The notes under the pieces were generated by a model. That model did not search any database. It worked only from the letters and a program-made list of their open reading frames with translations, and was not told the origin of the DNA. The position numbers and the translations under genes are program-made. From positions 53,258,001-53,322,000 of the forward strand of contig NC_043003.1 of assembly GCF_006345805.1 (NCBI RefSeq): DNA of 64,000 nt. Direction: 5' to 3'. Shown here piece after piece: positions 52,684-64,000 of this stretch; the first letter of the stretch is position 1, and each line of letters starts with the position of its first letter. The DNA comes from Octopus sinensis. Its lineage: Eukaryota.

Positions 52684-53615
52684 CTAAAAAGAATTAAAAT
52701 ATATGTAAGTGTTAGCTGTACTTGTCAAAATGTAAACCAGACATCATATAATTTTCAAATGTAGATATTGAAGAACATTTCTTGAAATTTATTTATTCTA
52801 GCTATAACAGTGACTTGCTTGAAAAACAATCAGTAAATCTGTCTTGGCAATTTTTCTGACAATAGTTACAGTATCTTCAAGCAAACAATATATTTAGCAT
52901 CATGAAAAATATTAAATGCAATAAAGAAATCATTCCTTATTGTTAAAAAATAAACATTTAACTGTTTTGGTATCAGCAAGCCCCAGACTGAATAAGGACA
53001 TATTTACAAAGTCAGAAAACAGCACAGCTCCCATGACTTTCGGAAACATTTTTTCACACTAAGAGTTTCTGAAGTATGGAAAAAACTGCCGGCATCAGTT
53101 GTTAGTTGTCGGAGCACTGCATCCTTCAAAACTTCCATGCTTTCTGAGATTCGCCAACACTACACCTGATTTTCTCCCCTCCATACACATGCAAGCATGT
53201 ATCTGACTCATACACTGTTCACTTTCCAGACATTTGTACATTACTGCATATACTTTATACGCACTTTCTGACAAGTTGTGGTGCACCTGAGCACTGTATA
53301 AAGTGATCGAGTTAAGCTAAAACCTTCCATCAAAATTTCATGTTAATTTACGTATGAAACACCAGCTAAATAATGACAATATTAGTTACTAAATTCTTTA
53401 TTAATTTCTAAAATAATTGAAAGAAGCAGTGCATTTCAACAGAAATTTGTTAACGAAAGATTAAGATAACTTTTTTTTCATTTTTCTTTTAGTTGCAGTA
53501 TAAACATTTTGAAAAACAAAAATATTCCGAGGTTTTTTCGATTGCCAAAGTGATCTTCTAAGAGCCAAATACACAGTAAAATCGTAAGAATATACTTAAT
53601 ACAAATATATTATTC

Positions 53616-53945
53616 ACAAAAACCGTTAGATTCACTTCAACATTTAAATTTAATTTGTCAAAATATTTTCCTCGTTTTGAAACTGTGACCTGCTCACTGA
53701 CAAAATTCCGTGCTGCATCTGAGAAAGCAACAGTTAGTTCATGATATATATATATCTATGTATGTACGCATGTTTGTACGCAGATACATACGTATGTACG
53801 TACATACACACACACATCATGAACAAACTATTACTTTCTCAGATGCAGCACGGAATTTTACCAGTGAACAGATCGCAGTTTCAAAACGAGGAAAATATTT
53901 TGACAAATTAAATTTAAATGTTGAAGTGAATCTAACGGTTTTTGT
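53616..53945. repeat. Foldback palindrome (about 130-bp arms) with hammerhead-like motifs
   Basis: 53616-53745 is the reverse complement of 53816-53945; the spacer is a microsatellite-like TA/CA tract. Confidence 0.9.
53654..53704 (-). ncRNA. Hammerhead-like motif with G3-C8 core variant (left arm of foldback)
   Basis: Minus strand: UUUGUCA GUGAGCA ggucacaguuucaaaacgag GAAA AUAU UU UGACAAA. The partner at 53857-53907 (+) has GUGAACA. Stem II is degenerate. Confidence 0.55.
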
Positions 53946-54230
53946 AGTTTTAAATGGCTTATAAACACCTTCCACGCTGCAATTGTTTTTTGTTTCAGCA
54001 CACGATCTCAGATCAGGTCACTTGTTATGCAAGTACATCTCTGTAAAATATATTACTCGTTTTATAACACTACACCTGATTTTCTCCCCCCCATACACAC
54101 ACAAGCATGTATCTGACTCATACGTTGTTCGCTTTCCAGACATTTTTACATTACTGCATGTACTTTATATGCACTTTCTGACAAGTTGTGGTGCACCTGA
54201 GCACTGTATTCAATAATTTCATTATTATTA

Positions 54231-54264
<34 letters not shown>

Positions 54265-54771
54265 GTAATATGGATTACAGACGTGAGATCAGACTATGGT
54301 AGAGGCCCTTTAATATTTTAATTCGCATCTTCTAAAGGGTCGAACAGTTTCTTTTCAGGTCTTTTTTTTTTTTTTTTTTCTAGATCTCGGTTACTGTTCC
54401 AAAACATTTATTAAAGAGTTTCACAAACTGTTATAGGTTTAAATATTATTTGCAGCTAAACCATCTAAACTTTCGGTGTAGGGGACGTAAGAACTATGAT
54501 AAGGCTTTGATTATCTCCCTTTAATTTTCATTTTTGCTCTATTGATGGACAAAATGTTTGTTTACAGCAACAGGTTAGATCAGGTGTGAGGGGCATGCAC
54601 CGTTGCAGCACGTCGCTGCATTTACCAATGCATCCGACCAATGATAACCTATAATCCAAACTGCGACAGATTATTGCTACTAACATTTTAAAAACAACCC
54701 ACTTGGCTATTAGCGTGCTAATTACCTAAACTCTCTAAATCTAACAAGAGAACTCGCAATATAGTAATTAC

Positions 54772-54953
54772 CCGGTTAAAAATAGCTGTGAACAGTTCTT
54801 GTGGGTTATTGACGTTGACATTTCCATCTTTCGTTTCCTCCAGGGCTTCTTGGTCAGCAGACATCTCATCCTTGAAAACATCCCATTGTATTTGAAAGTC
54901 AGGGTTGTCGATATTCTCACACACCGCGGCTATCGTTTCTTCTATATTCAATG
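54772..54953 (-). CDS. INF2: INF2-like formin exon (FH3/dimerisation region)
   Basis: aag|CA+LNIEETIAAVCENIDNPDFQIQWDVFKDEMSADQEALEETKDGNVNVNNPQELFTAIFNR|gtaatt, 182 nt, phase 1 to 0. The AAG acceptor is less typical. Confidence 0.85.
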
Positions 54954-57900
54954 CTTAAATAGATATTCAGTAAACTGATTTACATCATCTTGAAAGAAGA
55001 ATCTTAAGAAGCAAAATAAAACAATGAAAACCCTGCAGAAACCAATATTCTCGATTATAATATTATGAAACAAGGAGTCTAGATCATTGATTAAATTCTT
55101 TGCAGAGTGTGGTTGTATGCCACTAAGTTCTATGTTCAATGAAGCTTGACTTTCATTACTCCAAGAATTACTATATGTTATAATTCTTTTTATTTGCCTT
55201 GAGTTCTAGGAGTAATATAAGACCAATTATTCATTTTCCATGGTGTATAACTGACTGAGATCATAACATTCTCCTTGGATGGAATGCTGATCCATTGGGG
55301 AGATAAACTGATAAGATGAACTCTGGTACATGACTGGTACTTTATTTTATTGACGCTAGTGGGATGAAAGGCAAAGATGACCCCAGCAGGATTTGAAACC
55401 AAAATATAAAAACTTGCAAGAAATACTGCTAAGAATTTTGCCTGATGTGCTAATGATCCTGCCAGCTCACCACCTTATATATATATTGCTATAAATACCA
55501 GTAACTACTGACTTTGATTCTCTCGTCTAATATCACTCTCTTACAAAAGTTAGCAAGAAACATTTATTAAGAAGTTAAGCTTGATTTCCTAACTCTTTTC
55601 CTTGTATATTTGAATTTCAAAAAGGATACAAAAACAGCCACTAGTTCTGTGTAAATTAAACCTGCTCTCATGTATCAGTAGGAAATAGAAATACCTCTGG
55701 TTTTATGCATTATACAATGATGGCCAAAAATAAAAGAAGGCCCAAAAAGTTAGTTCTGAGAAACTGGTCCTTGAGAATTACTACAAAAACCAAACCTTGT
55801 AAATTTCCAAGAATATATCAATATACAATGATATAGGTCCCTCCCACATTACCAGGAACAAAAACATATACACACACATACACATTAATGTTAGATATCA
55901 CTTAATAGTCTTTTATGTTTGATCATGGTTAATCTTCTGTGATGCAAATGTGCAAAAGTATCTAAATATTCTGTATGTAGTTGAATTTCAGTAACATTTG
56001 TTCTAATTTCTGGCTAGAATTTAACTTTATTACTTGAAGTAATTTATAATAAATTTGTTGCAAAAGATTGGTAGGCGTGGTGTTTACCACATAGTCATTA
56101 ATTTAATGATAAAAAAAGATTCTCTTGATCTTAATAAAAGCCTTTAGTAAGGTTCATGACAATACTGGCCAATGAGAATATTATTTTTGGTGGTAGATAC
56201 ATAGTTCTCATGGCATTTGTAGTTTAATGATAGCAACCATTAATAAGTTGACATTATTTTCTGTTCTCTAAAAGTAGCAAACTGGCAGAATCATTAGCAT
56301 GCTGGATGAACTAGCGGTATTTCGTCTGTCTTCAGGTTCTGAGTTCAAATGCCACCGGGGTCAATAAATTAAGTACCAGCTATGCACTGGGGTCGATGTA
56401 ATCGACTCATCCCCTCCACAAAAATTTTGGACCTTGTGCCTAGAGTAGAGAAGATTATTTTCTGTACTCAAGGTGGCCTGTTGGCAGAATTGTTAGCATG
56501 CTGGGCGAAATGCTTAACAGTATTTTGTCTGTCTTCATGTTCTGAGTTCAAATGCTGCTGGGGTCAACATTGCCTTTCATCCTTTCAGGGTCGATAAATT
56601 AAGTACCAGTTACATACTGGGGTTGATGTAATCGACTCATCCCCTCCCTAAACATTTCAGGCTTTGTAGAAAGTATTATTCTTCGTACTCTAAAAGTAGC
56701 AAGCTGGCAGAATCATTAGCACACCAAACAAAATGCTTAGTGGTATATAGTCTGTCTTCACATTCTAAGTTCAAATTCTGCCAAGGTCAACTTTGCTTTT
56801 CATCTTTTCAGGGTCAATAAAATAGGTACCAGTTGTGTACTGGGGTTGATGTAATCAACTACCCCTTCCCTTAAATTTCAGGCCTTGTGCCTATAGTAAA
56901 AAAGGATTATTTTCTGTACTCTAAAAGTAGTAAACTAGCAGAATCCTTCAGATTAAATGTTTCATTGCATTTCTTCCAACTCATTATGTTCTGAGCTCAA
57001 ATTCCACCAAGATCAGCTTTACCTTATATCCTTTTGTGGGTGTCGATAAAATAAATACCAGCTGAGAACTGGGGTGTCAATGTAATTGACTAGCTCCCTT
57101 CCCCAAACTTTCAAGCCTTCTACCTATAATAGAAAAAATCATTACCAATACTCTCAATTCAAAATTGTGAAGTTATCCTGCGAATAACTTCAGAAATCGG
57201 TATTAGCAATGTTGGAAAATTTTTGATTTTTAGTGATCTTAGAGACAACAGATTTACCAAAAATGAGAAAGCACCAGACATCAGTGTTTAGTTTTGTCTT
57301 ATATTTATAAGTTAAAATCCTGCAAATCGGATTATAATTTTTCTTCTTTGGGAAACGAAAATGGGTGAAAAATATATCCCAAGCTGTATTAGAATAATTT
57401 CAACTAACTGATCACTCTGCTCTTAATGTGGCCTTGTGTATCATCATCATGTCCACTTTTCCATACTTTTTAAATAATGGGAGAAGCCAAATCCCTTCAC
57501 CATAGTGGCACATCTTCTTATTACCCTCTGCTATAAACTTTTTGTCATGTACCAGAGAAAATCAATTTTAAGAAATTGAAAAATTTCCCAGCAGCATCTT
57601 CAGCTTAAAGAACTTACAGTTAAATGTGAGTCACAATACTTAATGTGAAGGGCTAAAATAAATGTTTAACCATCTAAAATTATACCCATAGTAAGAAGAA
57701 AAATCATTAGTGTCAATGAAAATTACTCTGAAAAACAGCAAAGGAGAGAACTTTGTAGCTTGTCCAATATTAATCAAATAAAAAGTCATTTTTCAAAAAT
57801 AATTTTATCAAATAGCTTATAATAAATTTTATAAAATTTCTATAATATGCAGGGTTTCTTCATGTTATACAGATATTCTTACTGTTTCAAAAACTCAGGG

Positions 57901-58355
57901 TTTTTTTAGTATTGTTGTTTAGCTGCTGGGTCAGACATGATCAAACACACTTATGTATTCAAGCCAGCTATGATCATCCTGTTTTTTTCCTACGTAGAAT
58001 GCATCCAGGGCCACATTATACAATAAATCATTCAAGTGGATATGATTTGATGGTTTTGACTGTTATTTCTAGGAAGTAAAGTGACCATGTAATGGATCCA
58101 TACTAGCTCAAATAGAAATTGTTTATAATACAGGTGAGCTTCCAGTAACTTTGTTGAAGAATGTTGGAAAATATGAATAAAACCAAAAGCATATTCAGAT
58201 GCTATTTATAACAAAAGAATTGTTGTAGAGGAGGAGAATAATGAAAAACAAATAGAAATAACCTAAAATGAAAAAAAATAAATAAATATACAGTTTGTAT
58301 TTTCATTAAAACTGAAAAGCAAGCAAAACACACACACACACAATAAATTCCTTAC

Positions 58356-58515
58356 CAATAAATTCATTCCGAATTCTCATTCTATCCAGGATGTTCTCGT
58401 TGGCAAAAATTATGGAATTAACAAGTGCCATAATGCTAACTTGATATGTTGCCAAATCTGCATGACGTAGTTCATTTAATATCAGACTAAATCGATATTG
58501 TAATTTCTGCCAGGT
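58356..58515 (-). CDS. INF2: INF2-like formin exon (DID/FH3 region); first exon visible, 5' part of gene not found in window
   Basis: cag|TWQKLQYRFSLILNELRHADLATYQVSIMALVNSIIFANENILDRMRIRNEFI+G|gtaag, 160 nt; resembles the INF2 QYRFS...RNEFI segment. Absent from the ORF track. Confidence 0.9.
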
Positions 58516-58848
58516 CTGTAAAAGTAAAGAAGTGTCAAATTAGAAAAAAGAAAAAGTGTTTTCCGTCTGGAATTTTCAAAGCTAATTATTATACAACCAT
58601 AATCATTATTACAAAATAGTTTGATTGAGAGGGACATTGCATAATAGCAATATATGCTGACACAACTTTCTCATTCTTTATTTTATTTTCATTATATCTA
58701 TATCATTAGAGAGAGAAAGAGGAGAGAAGGTATGTGTGTGTATATATATATATATATATAGGGAGAGTTTACGAAAAAGACAAAAGACGAAGACAGGTGG
58801 TGTACAAAACAAACAGATGTATTAGTATAACGCTCAGGAATAGAAAAA

Positions 58849-58890
58849 GTCTTTTACGTTTCGAGCCTATGCTCTTCTACAGAAAAAGAC
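58849..58890 (-). ncRNA. Hammerhead-like motif with non-canonical CUGUAGA core
   Basis: Minus strand: GUCUUUuu CUGUAGA a GAGC-auag-GCUC GAAA CG UA AAAGAC. A truncated relative lies at about 650-677 (+). Confidence 0.5.
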
Positions 58891-59086
58891 GCAGAAAAAA
58901 ACAAGGAGAGAAAAAATATATATATACAAGGTGGGGCATAACGACCTCCCGCGTTTGGAAGAGACATCGTGTGTGGAATTAAGTAGAAGTAGAGAAGCAG
59001 GATAGGTTTCATTTGGAAGGCTAAGATCTGCCATTTTTATATTCATCATCCATTGGTTAAAAAATTTATTTCTTTTTAGAACCTAT

Positions 59087-60153
59087 CATGAATTGGGCCA
59101 GTAAACATTGTGGCTTTGTTGTTCAAGTGTATTACAAAAATGGCCGATCTGTAATAGCGATGCAGTGAGTGTCCTGTAGACAATTTGCACTCGGTTGAAA
59201 TGCCAGAGCAGGAAACGATTTTGCTTAGGATTTCTAACCTTCGTGCAACTGGATCCACATTGAAAAGAAAATTTCGTGGCAGACCTAGGATTGTTAGAAC
59301 TCCAGAAAATGTGGCATCAGTGACAGCATCTGTTCAGGAATCCCTGAAGCATTCTGCTCATAAACATAGCATAGCATTAGAAATATCTAACTGAAGTTTG
59401 AGGAGGATTCTGCATGCTGCTTTGAAACTGCATCCGTATAAAATGATGTTAGTTCAAGAATTAATGGTGACAGATCATAACAATCGTAAAGCCCTATGTG
59501 CAGATACTCTTGCAGAAGTTCCCACGGCAGCTGCTCTGAGTACCGTTGAGGTTCACTTCCAAATCAATGGAAACATAAACAAGCAGAATTTTCGGTACTG
59601 AACTGAACATAATCCTCATGAACTCCACAAAAGACCGTTTCATTTTCCTCGTGTAACTGTTTGGTGTGAAGTCACTGATTTTAGAGTCATCAGCCCATAC
59701 TTTTTTAAAGAAGGTGTTGAAACAGTAACGGTTACCTCTGGCCAGTACATTGAAATGTTGGAGAACTTTTTGAATCCTAAACTGGACGGGTTGGATACCG
59801 AACATCTATTGTTTCAACAGGATGTATCCATGGCTCACACAGTACGACGTTCGGCTGGAGTGTTGAGAGAAATGAGAGACGTGAGGTGGCATCCTCGAAC
59901 TCTTGAGGATTTGAAAGAAAGGATTCATGAGAAAATCAAAGCAATACCACCTGGGATGAAACAGTGGGTCATGGAGAACTTCTGGGAACGACTGCATCAA
60001 TATATTGTCAACAACGGTCGCCATTTGCCTAATATAGTTTTTAAAACCCAGTAAGATAAAAGTTTCAGAAACATAATAAATTTTTTCCTGGATACTTGTG
60101 TTCTCTCTTTATCTTCATTCACAATGTGGGAGATCTTTATGACCCGCCCTGTA
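59087..60153 (+). mobile_element. Degenerate Tc1/mariner-superfamily (maT/rosa-like) transposon
   Basis: MNWASKHCGFVVQVYYKNG, GRPRIVRTPEN, LHPYKM, INKQNFRY and FQQD motifs with stops; the right end gacccgccctg-ta is TIR-like. Confidence 0.8.
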
Positions 60154-60339
60154 TATAGTTTGCTGGCCATCAGCTGGAGATCACAACATTTGCAGCATCT
60201 AGCAAAATCGTTCTGATCACTAGTTGACACTTTCTTTCCCTCCAGCAGTAACAAGTAATATTATGCTACAGGGAATGATTAGATTATTTTGATGAACACA
60301 GTAGCATACTTTTTCATTTTTTACCTGTGAAGCCTCCAC

Positions 60340-61400
60340 ACCAAATCTGCTGCAGTTGTCCTCTTTGCCTTATTGACTGTATCTCATCCAATGCTTCAGC
60401 TTGTATTTCTCTAAATTTCTGACTGTTTAATGAATCTTTAAGCTTCTATGTATTTCTTTTCCAAACTTGTTTGCATCTCTGAGTCCTCCTAGCTTTAAGT
60501 TTGAGTTGTACATTCCTAAACAGAGGACTTCATATACACAAGCCTCTGCCTATACCTGTTTCTGTATGACTTGTGTGTCCACCAGATTCATAGGTGATTA
60601 GGTAGCTGAAGGATAGTTTCCTATTAGCATGGCAGATCAGCAAGCCATTTGCATCACAGAAATCCAGCAGTCCTGTTTCTACAACTAAAACCATAAAATC
60701 AATGCACACTATAAAATCTACTGTCATCACCAACCATGACACCAAAGTCATTGTCTTTCATCAGCGGCATAATCTGCAATGAGGACTCATAGAAACGATC
60801 CTTTTGTCCATCTACCAATCCAGCGAGTGGAGCATATGCAGATGTCACTGTGACATCATCTAAGACTAGTCTTAGCTTAACAATCCAATCACATACCCTG
60901 ACAACTTCAATCACCTAATCAATCTATTACTCTGTCAAAAGCATAGCTACACTGCTCACACCATACTATTCTCCGCCCAGAAGAATTTCTATCTACATTT
61001 CTTTCCCATGCGCAGTCTGAGGCTCCCCTCCATTGTACCTCTTGTATATAGCACACATGAATTGGACCAGTGAACATTGTAGCTTTGTTGTTCAAGTGTA
61101 TTACAAAATACCTCCATTCTAACATTCCTCCATTCTAACAATTTCATCAGACCTACGTTTCATTGTGCCAATATTAAGCGTGGCGGTTCTAAGATTGTGG
61201 AGTTGGAAAGAGTGATAGGATACTTGGGAGATTGTTTCCAGCATCTGTAGGTACTTGCTTGAAGGTTATGCGTCCTTGCACTTGTCTGAAAACTGGTATA
61301 TTTTTCTCAATGAATTACAATTTTCCTCAAGCAAACAAAGCCTTCAGAGACAAGCATCTGCAATCAGATCGAGAAGAGGAAGGGGGATTTTTAGCCACCA
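60340..61400 (-). mobile_element. RTE-like LINE relic (AP endonuclease region)
   Basis: TLNIGTM, CYIQEVQWRG, SAYAP and LLDFCDANGL motifs in broken frames. Confidence 0.8.
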
Positions 61401-61584
61401 AGCGGCCTCTAGTAATAGTGAGAGCATTATGAACGCCTTAATTGCATGTGTATGTATGTGTGTGTGTGAGACCATAAAAGCACATTTTACTGGATTACAT
61501 GTTGCTAGTAGCACGGGTTTGTGACCAGACACATATTCAATGCATATATATGAGTAGTAATATACACACGTACACAAGTTACGG

Positions 61585-61882
61585 TTAGCAAAGACGTCAC
61601 CCTTTTCAAGACTAGCCAGGCTCATGGGCCCGGTTTTCCGATTTCTGTGGCGTATGTGTTCACCCCAGCTGGACCGGACGCCAGTCCATCGCAGCGTTAC
61701 TCAACAAACAGGAAGAAAGAGTGAGAGAAAGTTGGGCGAAATAGTACAACAGGGGTCGCCACCACCTACTGCGAAGCCTCGTGGAGCTTTTAGGTGTTTT
61801 CGCCCAATAAACACACAACACCCAGTCTGGGAATCGAAACCGCGAGTCTGCTGCCCTAACCACTGGGCCATTGCGCCTCCAC
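61585..61882 (-). mobile_element. tRNA-derived SINE family C with V-domain-like core
   Basis: Minus-strand head tggaggcgcaatggcccagtggttagggc...ggtttcgattccc and core ctgcgatggactggcgtcc. A related element at 4830-5005 shares aaacaggaagaaagagtga. Confidence 0.7.
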
Positions 61883-64000
61883 AAATGATGAAAGGTAAAG
61901 TCGACCTCGGCGGAATTTGAACTCAGAACGTAGCGGCAAACGAAATACCAATTTCTTTACTGCCCACATGGGGCTAAACACAGAGGGGACAAACAAGGAC
62001 AGACAAACGGATTAAGTCGATAACATCGACCCCACTGCGTAACTGGTACTTAATTTATCGACCCCGAAAGGATGAAAGGCAAAGTCGACCTCGGCGGAAT
62101 TTGAACTCAGAACGTAGCGACAGACGAAATATCGCTAAGCATTTCGCCCGGCCTGCTAACGTTTCTGCCAGCTCAGCGCCTTTCGGTTAGCAAAGAGATG
62201 TGAATTAATTTGGATGTCGGAAAAAGTTGGTTCACAAGACGAGCAAAGTCGCATGCCCACACGTGCTTTAAGAGAAACAACTATGAAACAATAACATTTT
62301 CAGTCATATAAAAAGAAAATCGACAGGTCAAATACGAAGAAGTAGGGAAGATAGATGGAAGGTAAAAAGAAAAAAAAACGAAAATATCTTGGCTTCGATT
62401 GAAATTTTTTTCTTCTTAATGTCTGGCTTGAGTGTAGAACGTAAACATGGTGACTTATACATCTTACTTCTAGAAAAATTCGATTGGAGAATAGTGAAAG
62501 TTAATACGAAAATTATTAAATTAACAATTCTGAAAGAAATAAAGGAAAAGGAGAAAAAATACGGAAGGAAAAGAAAACTTAAAACACACACACATATCTT
62601 CATATATGTAAATATATCTACATATATGTAAAGAAATATATAAAATACACACACATACTTATATATGAATATGTATATTCCTTGTTTTACATTCATTTTT
62701 TTTTTATGCTAGCGTAAGTTGAACTGTTAATCATTTGAGGTGTTATTTTACAGTCGGATGCACTTCCTGTCGCCAATCTTTCCTGTATTACATGCGCGCG
62801 CACACACACACATACATACACAGACCTTGTGTAATTTTGATTAAACTAACCAAGTTCAGTAAAGACAAGTATACTGTACATGCAGAATGTATATTTTTTA
62901 ATTCGAAATGTTATTAGAAGTTCGGTATGTAAAAATCTTGCTTTGACCAGAAATATAGCTTTTAACTCGTCTTATACATTCTAATATATTTCAGTCGTGT
63001 GAGAAAACGGTGAGATGAAACTCAAAGTAAAACGTTTTGAGTAAAAGAATATACACTCTGCATATACAATGTATTTTGTCCTTTATTGAACTGGGTGGTT
63101 TCATTAAGAATTACATCATGTGTGTGCGTGCACGCATATATGCGTGCGCACACTTGGTATTTTACCGTTTCCTTTTCTTTTTTATTTTCAGCCGTCTCTT
63201 CTCAATTTCCTTTATTTTTCTTTGAATTATTAATTTATTGATTTACATGATGTCTAACTTTTCTTTTCTTCACTCGAATTTTTCTGATATTTTCTTTCTT
63301 ATTTTCTCCCGCCAACCCCATTTTTCTCTCTCCATATTTCCTTATTTTATAACAAATTGTCGATTTTTTTCTTTTTAATTTGGCCGAAAATGTAACTGTT
63401 TCAATTTTATTTAGCGACTCCAAAAAGATGAAAGGTAAATTTCACCTAAGTGAAATTTGAACTTTGAGCACAATAAGTTGAGACGATTACCACAAAGCAA
63501 TCTATCCAGCGCTCTAACGAGTATGCTAATTGGCCATCTAGACACACACCGATACACTAAAGTATATACAATTGAGGTTGTTCCTTCTCAAGTACAATTG
63601 AAGCCAACTAATGAATAATAACTCGAGTAAAGTAAAACTTCAACTTCAAATGACTAAAATAACTCGGATGAAATGGATCGTACTTTACTTTAACTTTCTA
63701 CCATATAAACTGTACTTTATTCGAAAGGACTTTAACCCCACATCTCAGGGCCAAATATTCTACTTGTTCTATACTCAAGCAGGTCAGATCTGGCCTCTTG
63801 CACCTGCGTTACAATATCATTCTAAAAAAATAAACAATAACATCTTTGAAATCTCGAAGCTACACGATAATTCATAATTGATTCAGAACAATGTGAATAA
63901 AGAAGTATAACATTTGACAGAATAATCTGAATGCTAAATGGTTAAACCATTTATGGAATACGAAATATTTCTCAAGTAATTTAAAGCTTCTATGCTGTGA

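Noticed and set aside
54954-54989. Stronger-looking upstream acceptor (ttctttcaag) for the INF2 exon
   Set aside because: In the required phase it reaches TGA after 13 codons; the AAG acceptor at 54954 keeps frame and homology.
36590-57145. Tandem repeats and palindromes as a CRISPR array, and SINE heads as tRNA genes
   Set aside because: Eukaryotic context with no repeat-spacer periodicity; the tRNA-like heads are parts of SINEs and lack a full cloverleaf.

Overview
Eukaryotic, AT-rich, repeat-dense genomic DNA, most likely from an octopus (inferred from the SINE families; not verified by search). It holds two convergent protein-coding genes. (1) The homeobox exon of the ParaHox gene Xlox/Pdx (+, 19939-20435); its first exon was not found in the window. 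(2) The last 12 coding exons of an INF2-like inverted formin (-, 58515 to 35423; DID/FH3, FH1, FH2, WH2/DAD), reconstructed by hand with consistent splice phases. The rest is SINEs, LINE relics (CR1-like, RTE-like), Tc1/mariner relics, MITEs and microsatellites; most short ORFs in the track are microsatellite or SINE artefacts. The most striking unexplained structure is a set of at least 7 sequence-unrelated short elements next to (TA)n/(CA)n tracts that carry minimal type I hammerhead-ribozyme motifs. Five are foldback palindromes with a ribozyme motif in each arm reading outward. One has a G3-C8 swap of the core pair, and one is a ~1.5-mer of a 350-nt unit whose repeat boundary sits next to the predicted cleavage site. 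These look like non-autonomous Penelope-like or retrozyme elements. All coordinates were read by eye; repeat boundaries are approximate.
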